Assembly (NCBI GenBank): GCA_030650025.1
Contig: JAUSEN010000029.1
Span: 287 to 64,286, forward strand
Reading direction: 5' to 3'
Length of the DNA stretch: 64,000 nt
From: Candidatus Magasanikiibacteriota bacterium
GTDB lineage: Bacteria; Patescibacteriota; Patescibacteriia; Magasanikbacterales; GWA2-37-8
A program made the position numbers and the translations under genes. The notes under the pieces were generated by a model. The model was given only the letters and a program-made list of their open reading frames with translations. It ran no database searches and was not told the origin of the DNA. Positions 57,872-64,000 of this stretch are shown here, in pieces. The stretch's first letter is position 1; each line of letters starts with the position of its first letter.

Positions 57872-59173
57872 ATGGTAACGCTTGAGGCACTTAAAAATAA
57901 ATCAGAATCCGTGGCCATAGTCGGCCTTGGCTATGTTGGTTTGCCATTGGCCGTGGAATTGGCCAAACATTTTGCTGTGACCGGCTTTGATATTAGTCAG
58001 CGCCGCGTGGCCGATTTAAAATCCGGCGTGGATTACACCAGAGAAGTTTTACCCGAAAAATTAAGCCAAGCCAAAATTCACTATACCGCGGACCCCACGG
58101 AATTAAACCAATGCCAATTTATTATTGTCGCGGTACCAACGCCCATTGACAAAAATAATAACCCGGATTTAAGTTTGGTCGTAAGCGCCTCAAAAATTGT
58201 CGGCCAAAATTTCAGTGCTGGTTCCATAATTTCGTACGAATCAACCGTTTACCCGGGCGTCACCGAGGATGTTTGTCTGCCCATTCTGGCCGCGGAATCA
58301 GGCCTCAAAGCGCACCAAGACTTTAAAATTGCTTATTCGCCAGAACGCGTCAACCCGGGTGATCGCGAGCACACGATTGATAAAATTACCAAAGTAGTTT
58401 CGGCCGAAGATGCCGAATCACTAGAGGTGGTAGCGGGAGTTTATGGCGCTATCACCAAAGTATTCAGTGCCGCCTCTATCAAAGTCGCCGAAGCGGCCAA
58501 AGTAATCGAAAATACCCAGCGCGATTTAAATATCGCGCTCATGAATGAGCTGGCCATAATTTTCAACAAAATGGGTTTTAGCATTTATGATGTTTTGGCC
58601 GCCGCTGATACTAAATGGAATTTTTTGAATTTTAAACCCGGGCTAGTCGGCGGCCACTGCATTGGGGTGGACCCGTACTATTTAACGCACCGCGCCGCCG
58701 AGCTTGGCTATAAATCAGAAGTTATTTTATCGGGTCGTAAAATTAACGATAGTATGGCAGAGTGGCTCGCCTCTCAAATTTCTGCTAAACTACTAACCAC
58801 ACACCCTCTAAGTCAAAAGCCCTCTGTTCTAGTAGGCGGAATTACTTTTAAAGAAAATATTCCCGATGTGCGCAATTCCAAAGCCGCCGATTTAGTAAGA
58901 GCGCTCGAAAACAAGGGCATCACCGTCTATGTGATTGACCCCGAGGCGGACAGAGAATCAGTTGAGCGCGAGTATGGCCTCACGCTCTCGAATTTAGACG
59001 CCGTTCCTAAAGTCAACGCTATTATTATGGCGGTCGCTCACCAAAAATTTCAGGAGCTTGACTTGCAAGCTTGGCGCGCCTATTGCACAAAGAACCCGCT
59101 TTTGTTTGATATCAAAAAAATGTTTACCGCTTCGGCGGCTGAATCCGCCGGCTTTAACTATTGGACTTTATAA
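57872..59173 (+). CDS. UDP-HexNAc dehydrogenase (WbpO/TviB-like)
   Basis: GLGYVGLPLA, YESTVYPG, SPERVNPGD and GGHCIGVDPYYL. Confidence 0.92.
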   Translation: MVTLEALKNKSESVAIVGLGYVGLPLAVELAKHFAVTGFDISQRRVADLKSGVDYTREVLPEKLSQAKIHYTADPTELNQCQFIIVAVPTPIDKNNNPDLSLVVSASKIVGQNFSAGSIISYESTVYPGVTEDVCLPILAAESGLKAHQDFKIAYSPERVNPGDREHTIDKITKVVSAEDAESLEVVAGVYGAITKVFSAASIKVAEAAKVIENTQRDLNIALMNELAIIFNKMGFSIYDVLAAADTKWNFLNFKPGLVGGHCIGVDPYYLTHRAAELGYKSEVILSGRKINDSMAEWLASQISAKLLTTHPLSQKPSVLVGGITFKENIPDVRNSKAADLVRALENKGITVYVIDPEADRESVEREYGLTLSNLDAVPKVNAIIMAVAHQKFQELDLQAWRAYCTKNPLLFDIKKMFTASAAESAGFNYWTL

Positions 59174-59176
59174 TTT

Positions 59177-60091
59177 ATGGCCAAATACCTTGTTACCGGC
59201 GGCGCTGGTTTTATCGGCACCAATTTAGTTAAAAAACTTTTAGAAGACAACCACGTTGTCACTGTCATTGACAATTACGCGTCCGGCCGCCTGCCCGATC
59301 GAGTCCTGGCCGGCGCTGAATATATCGAAGCCGATATCCGTGATTTTAATGCTGTCAAACAAGCTTGCCAGGGGGTAGACGGCATTTTTCATTTGGCCGC
59401 TTTACCGCGCGTGTTATTTTCGGTAGAGCACCCTCTTGCCACTCATGATGTTAATATTAATGGCACGTTTAATGTGCTTTTAGCCGCCCGCGATACTGGC
59501 GTTAAACGAGTTGTTTTTTCCACTTCCTCGGCCGCTTACGGCGACCAGGCAGTTTACCCGCTTAAAGAAGACGGGATTATCAAAAAACCAGTCAGCCCTT
59601 ATGGCTTTCATAAATTAGTGGGAGAGGAGTATTGCCGGTTATTTTCTGAACTTTATAAATTAGAAACCGTCTCGCTTTGCTATTTTAATATTTACGGCCC
59701 GCATTTTGACCCGAAGGGCGCTTACGCTTTGGTAATTGGGCGTTTCTTAAAACTGCGCCAAGAGGGCAAGCCGCTTACGGTAAGAGGGGACGGCGAAATG
59801 TTTCGCGACTACACCCATGTTTTTGACGCTGTCACCGCGAACATTTTAGCTATGACTAAAAATACCGTGGGCCACGGAGAAGTTATTAACATTGGTTATG
59901 GTGAGCCTCACTCGGTCAATGAAATCGTTAAACTAATTGGCGGTGATTTTGTCTTTGTGGATCCTTTGCCTGGTGAGATGAAGTTTACTCATGCCGATAA
60001 TTCCAAAGCGCGAGAGTTATTGGGCTGGCAGCCGACCATTGATTTGGCCGAGGGTATCGCGCGGCTTAAACAGGAGTGGCATTTGGACTAA
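59177..60091 (+). CDS. NAD-dependent nucleotide-sugar epimerase
   Basis: TGGAGFIG, SPYGFHK and YFNIYGP. Confidence 0.92.
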   Translation: MAKYLVTGGAGFIGTNLVKKLLEDNHVVTVIDNYASGRLPDRVLAGAEYIEADIRDFNAVKQACQGVDGIFHLAALPRVLFSVEHPLATHDVNINGTFNVLLAARDTGVKRVVFSTSSAAYGDQAVYPLKEDGIIKKPVSPYGFHKLVGEEYCRLFSELYKLETVSLCYFNIYGPHFDPKGAYALVIGRFLKLRQEGKPLTVRGDGEMFRDYTHVFDAVTANILAMTKNTVGHGEVINIGYGEPHSVNEIVKLIGGDFVFVDPLPGEMKFTHADNSKARELLGWQPTIDLAEGIARLKQEWHLD

Positions 60092-60109
60092 TCAGTTCCC
60101 GCTCAAATT

Positions 60110-60141
60110 AAAAAACCTCTCCAGTTTAGGGAGAGGTTTTT
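60110..60141. terminator. Bidirectional intrinsic terminator
   Basis: AAAAAACCTCTCC-AGTTTAG-GGAGAGGTTTTT between convergent genes. Confidence 0.88.
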
Positions 60142-60158
60142 AAGTTAACAAAAAAATC

Positions 60159-60437
60159 TTACGCCGCGACTACTTGCACAAACTTAGCCGGACGCAAATT
60201 ACCATCAAAGCGCAGACGTTTGTGGTGATAAAACTTCACTTTGCCGGCTATTTTAGCGTACAAAGTATCATCGCCGCCGCGCTTAACATTCGTGCCAGCA
60301 TGCCATTTACTGCCGCGCTGGCGCACTATAATCATGCCCGCTTTAATAACCTGGCCATCATGGATTTTAACGCCCAATCTTTGGGCTTGCGAATCGCGCC
60401 CGAGCCGTGTGGAGCCGCCCGCTTTCTTATGTGACAT
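60159..60437 (-). CDS. rpmA: 50S ribosomal protein L27
   Basis: [24 protein letters not shown]...RQRG. Confidence 0.98.
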   Translation of the reverse strand: MSHKKAGGSTRLGRDSQAQRLGVKIHDGQVIKAGMIIVRQRGSKWHAGTNVKRGGDDTLYAKIAGKVKFYHHKRLRFDGNLRPAKFVQVVAA

Positions 60438-60554
60438 ATGAATTATTCGAAATAATGCGATTTAACGAAATCGTGCCGAGTGACGACTATTTAAACTCGG
60501 CCCGCGCAACGACATTTAAAGCGCGGCGCAATATTGATTAATTTAAGTCCGGAT

Positions 60555-60584
60555 AGTATAATATAAAAACATGGTACTTGTCAA
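60555..60584 (-). promoter_or_regulatory. Sigma70 promoter of rpmA
   Basis: Minus strand TTGACA, 18 bp spacer, TATACT. Confidence 0.65.
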
Positions 60585-60613
60585 GGCCATTTTTTGCCTT
60601 ATTTTAAAGATCT

Positions 60614-60964
60614 ATGTATTTACCCCGTTTATTTATTAAAGATTGGTGGGTCGCCTCTCCCATGGCGATTTGCATTTTAACCCAAGGTTATTTGTGGTGG
60701 TATTTAAGCGCCCATCTCGAGCCCTCTGCCGAGCAGTTTTTTTTGCATTATAACAGCGTTTTTGGGGTGGATCTGGTGGGGCCGTGGTGGCAGGTATTTT
60801 TGGCGCCGCTCGGGGGGTTAATCCTAATCGCTCTAAATTTTGGTGTGGGTCTATTTTTGTATAATCGCGACCGATTTTTATCTCGCGCTCTCTCGGTGGC
60901 GGCCGCCATCTTTCTTTTGGGCTTAGTTATTACCGCCCATATGCTGGTAGGCATAAATAGTTAA
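60614..60964 (+). CDS. Small membrane protein (3 TM)
   Basis: LHYNSVFGVDLVG loop between TM helices; abuts ftsW. Confidence 0.75.
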   Translation: MYLPRLFIKDWWVASPMAICILTQGYLWWYLSAHLEPSAEQFFLHYNSVFGVDLVGPWWQVFLAPLGGLILIALNFGVGLFLYNRDRFLSRALSVAAAIFLLGLVITAHMLVGINS

Positions 60965-60965
60965 T

Positions 60966-62087
60966 ATGCGCCTTGTGGTCCCCAAGCGCCTCCTCGATCG
61001 CCAATTAATTATTTACTTATCAATTTTGGTTTTAGCGGGCTTGGTGGTATTAATTTCGGCCAGCGCCCCTCAAGGATATGCTAAATTCAATGATGGTTAT
61101 TTTTTCTTAAAACGCCAAATTGCCTATGGGTTATTGCCCGGGCTGGTATTTTTTTTATACCTGTCGCGCCGCGATTACCAGTGGACAGCCAAGCGAGCCT
61201 ATTTAATTTATTTTCTCTCGCTCATTCTTTTAGCCAGCGTTTTTATTCCTGGCCTCGGCACGGTTTTAAATGGTTCCCGGAGCTGGATAAGTCTCGGCGG
61301 TTTCACTGTTCAGCCTTCCGAATTTGCCAAATTAGGAATTATAATTATGGCCGCCTATTTACTTAGTCGCCGTCAAATCAATTGGGGTAATTGGTCGCAA
61401 AGCCTTTTACCAATGCTCGCCGTGCTCGCTCCGGCCCTTGGACTAGTCTTGGCCGAGCCAGACGTTGGCACACTGTCTATTTTGGTATTTATTATCTGCG
61501 CCCTGTTTTTTGTGGCGGGTATCCCGTATCGGTTGTTGCTTCTTCTTGGTAGTTTGAGTTTAGCGGGCTTAGTAATTTTGATACTAGTGGCGCCTTATCG
61601 TTTGGAGCGCATCACCACCTTTCTGCATCCCGAACTTGATCCGCAGGGCGTTGGTTACCATATCAACCAGGCTTTTCTCGCCATCGGTTCGGGCGGTTTT
61701 TGGGGCCTCGGTTATGGCGCCTCGCGGCAGAAGTTCCAATACTTGCCCGAAACCAGCGCTGACTCTATTTTCGCTGTGGTTGCTGAAGAGAATGGTTTTT
61801 TAATTGCCTCGGCCTTGGTCATTTTATTTTTCCTAATCGGCTGGCGCGGGTTACGAATCGCGCGGGAAGCTAGCGACAGCTTTGGTAAATATTTGGTTTT
61901 TGGCGTCACGGTTTGGTTTTTGTGGCAAGCTACTCTTAACATTGGCGCTATGGTTGGCATTCTGCCCTTGACGGGCGTCCCTTTGCCCTTAGTTTCGCAT
62001 GGCGGTAGCGCCTATATTGCCATGTTGATTGGCTGGGCTTTGGTAGTAAGCGTCAGCCGCGGATCTAAAAAATTAGCCACCAGTTAA
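60966..62087 (+). CDS. ftsW: SEDS family peptidoglycan polymerase FtsW
   Basis: NGSRSWI, QPSEFAK, EPDVGT, YLPE..DSIFA and PLTGVPLPLVSHGGS. Confidence 0.93.
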   Translation: MRLVVPKRLLDRQLIIYLSILVLAGLVVLISASAPQGYAKFNDGYFFLKRQIAYGLLPGLVFFLYLSRRDYQWTAKRAYLIYFLSLILLASVFIPGLGTVLNGSRSWISLGGFTVQPSEFAKLGIIIMAAYLLSRRQINWGNWSQSLLPMLAVLAPALGLVLAEPDVGTLSILVFIICALFFVAGIPYRLLLLLGSLSLAGLVILILVAPYRLERITTFLHPELDPQGVGYHINQAFLAIGSGGFWGLGYGASRQKFQYLPETSADSIFAVVAEENGFLIASALVILFFLIGWRGLRIAREASDSFGKYLVFGVTVWFLWQATLNIGAMVGILPLTGVPLPLVSHGGSAYIAMLIGWALVVSVSRGSKKLATS

Positions 62088-62091
62088 TTAT

Positions 62092-63102
62092 ATGAAAATT
62101 TTAGTTACCGGTGGAGCCGGGTTTATTGGTTCCAATTTTATTCACTATGTCTTGGCCAATCACCCCGAGGATATTATCATTAATTTTGATGCCTTGACTT
62201 ATGCCGGTAATTTAGCTAACCTCGCCGCTGTGGCCCAAAATCCGCGTTATAGCTTTTTTAAAGCCGATATTACGGACGCCGCCGCTGTATCAGAGGCCGT
62301 GGCACTCGCTCCCGATGCCATTGTAAATTTTGCCGCCGAAACCCATGTTGATCGGTCTATCATGGACAGTTCCGCCTTTGTTAAAACCAATGTGCTCGGT
62401 GTGCAGATTTTGCTCGAAGCCGCGCGTCAAGCCGGCAACATTCGCTTTCACCATATCTCCACCGATGAAGTTTTTGGCAGTCTCCTGCCCCATGACCCTC
62501 CTTTTAACGAAAACACTCCTTATGCGCCGCGCAGTCCTTATAGCGCCAGCAAAGCCGCGGCCGATTTACTAGTTCGCGCCTATTTTACTACTTATAATTT
62601 ACCGGTCACTATTTCCAACTGCTCCAACAATTATGGCCCTTATCAATTCCCCGAAAAATTGCACGGATTGTTTATTACCAATTTACTAGAAAACAAAAAA
62701 GTTCCAGTTTATGGCGATGGTTTGCAAATCAGAGATTGGCTATATGCCACGGATCACTGCGAAGCCATTGATTTAATACTGCGGCGCGGCCGGCTAGGGG
62801 AGAGCTATTGTATTGGCGGCGCTTCGGAAAAAACAAATTTAGCCATTGCCGAACATCTCTTAAAATTGCTTAATTTGGATCAGAGTTATATTCAGCATGT
62901 CGCTGATCGCCCCGGGCATGACCGGCGCTACGCGCTTAACTTTGATAAACTAAAAAACGAACTGGGCTGGGAGCCCAAGACTAGTTTTGCGGATGGCATG
63001 CAGAAGACAGTTGCGTGGTATAAAGCCAATACGGATTGGTGGCAAAAAATTAAGTCTGGTGAATATCAAGAATATTATAAAAAACAGTATCCGCAGAAAT
63101 AA
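62092..63102 (+). CDS. rfbB: dTDP-glucose 4,6-dehydratase
   Basis: FAAETHVDRSI, ISTDEVFG, YSASKA and DRPGHDRRY. Confidence 0.97.
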   Translation: MKILVTGGAGFIGSNFIHYVLANHPEDIIINFDALTYAGNLANLAAVAQNPRYSFFKADITDAAAVSEAVALAPDAIVNFAAETHVDRSIMDSSAFVKTNVLGVQILLEAARQAGNIRFHHISTDEVFGSLLPHDPPFNENTPYAPRSPYSASKAAADLLVRAYFTTYNLPVTISNCSNNYGPYQFPEKLHGLFITNLLENKKVPVYGDGLQIRDWLYATDHCEAIDLILRRGRLGESYCIGGASEKTNLAIAEHLLKLLNLDQSYIQHVADRPGHDRRYALNFDKLKNELGWEPKTSFADGMQKTVAWYKANTDWWQKIKSGEYQEYYKKQYPQK

Positions 63103-63136
63103 TATCAGCTTTAATAAAACATTAACTCAAACTATT

Positions 63137-63982
63137 ATGAAAATCCTAATCATCGGCCAAGGTTATTTAGGGTCACGTTGCCACGCCGAGTGGGGCGATT
63201 CTGTAATTTCTAACGACCATATCGCGTCTATAGACGATGTTTTGAAGATTTTAAACACTCATGAGCCAGACGTAGTTTTAAATGCCGCTGGCATTGTGGG
63301 TAAGCCTAATGTAGATTGGTGCGAATCACATCAGATGGAAACGATCCAGGGTAATACAATTTTGCCGATTATAATTGCCGAGGCTTGCCAGAAAAAAAAT
63401 ATTTATTTACTTCACATGGGCACGGGGTGTATTTATTATGGCTATGCGGAGGATAAAAACGGCTGGAAAGAATCGGATTACGCTAACCCCGTGGCGGTCT
63501 ACACGCGCGCCAAATATGCCGCGGATTTAGTCTTGGCCACTATGCCAAACATTGGCATTGCCAGAATCCGTATGCCGATTGATAGTATTCCCCATCCTGG
63601 CAATTTAATAAATAAATTAGCGTCATTTTCTAAAGTCATTGACGTAGTAAACAGCGTTACTCTTGTTCCCGATATGATAAAAGTATTTCGTGCGCTTTTA
63701 GAGCAGAAAGCTAGCGGCATTTTTCACGTCACTAACCCGGGCGCGCTTAAACATAAAGAAATTTTGGAACTTTACGAGGAATTAGTAGACCAGAATCATC
63801 ATAACGAATGGATTCAAGAAGGCGATTTGTTAAAACAAGGGTTAGTGAATAAAAAAAGATCTAACAATATTTTGCAGTCGGAGAATTTAGCTAAATTTGG
63901 CATTGCTATGCCAGAGGTTCACGAATCACTGCGCGTTGTAATGTCCGAATACGCGCGCCATAAAACCAATCCCGCCCCTTAA
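63137..63982 (+). CDS. RmlD-fold enzyme resembling bifunctional NRS/ER (3,5-epimerase/4-reductase)
   Basis: NAAGIVGKPNVDWCESH, GTGCIY, RIRMPI and TNPG, like the plant UER1/RHM C-terminal domain. Confidence 0.8.
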   Translation: MKILIIGQGYLGSRCHAEWGDSVISNDHIASIDDVLKILNTHEPDVVLNAAGIVGKPNVDWCESHQMETIQGNTILPIIIAEACQKKNIYLLHMGTGCIYYGYAEDKNGWKESDYANPVAVYTRAKYAADLVLATMPNIGIARIRMPIDSIPHPGNLINKLASFSKVIDVVNSVTLVPDMIKVFRALLEQKASGIFHVTNPGALKHKEILELYEELVDQNHHNEWIQEGDLLKQGLVNKKRSNNILQSENLAKFGIAMPEVHESLRVVMSEYARHKTNPAP

Positions 63983-64000
63983 ATATTCATGCCTAATAAA

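Noticed and set aside
60475-60526. Guanidine-II (mini-ykkC) riboswitch, because of twin hairpins containing ACGA on the + strand
   Set aside because: Loops are 13 nt rather than ACGR tetraloops, there is no linker, and there is no SMR transporter downstream.
63989-64000. Start of a further gene (ATG CCT AAT AAA)
   Set aside because: Only four codons fall inside the window; it cannot be identified.

Overview
Bacterial chromosomal window, most likely from a Patescibacteria/CPR (Parcubacteria-like) genome. This is an inference from the short HrcA and YidC, ECF/DUF5667-like pairs, a large S-layer-like protein and AT-rich starts that mostly lack Shine-Dalgarno motifs. From left to right: (1) the end of a putative restriction-endonuclease island (1-~805); (2) yidC-like and SPFH genes; (3) a heat-shock operon hrcA - NUDIX::grpE - [cargo] - dnaK - ORF - dnaJ with a variant CIRCE. 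The cargo comprises yhhQ/queF, two related membrane-anchored proteins, two NYN-domain nucleases each tied to a promoter plus ~50-nt hairpin RNA, and two orphan dnaK 5' stubs; (4) two ECF sigma/anti-sigma pairs around an HTH gene with three phased palindromes; (5) an S-layer-like gene with a structured leader, followed by an O-antigen-ligase-like gene and a ~36-kb glycan locus. That locus holds GT4s, gmd/rmd, a HAD + DAHP-synthase + KdsB-like trio, a pseudaminic acid pathway without pseG/pseH, a flippase, asnB and nucleotide-sugar dehydrogenases; (6) rpmA, ftsW, rfbB and a plant-type NRS/ER-like enzyme. No tRNA, rRNA or CRISPR array was seen. The best novelty candidates are the NYN + small-RNA modules, the dnaK-stub gene-capture hotspot and a putative CMP-heptulosonate glycan pathway. 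All calls come from reading the sequence by eye; no database searches were run.
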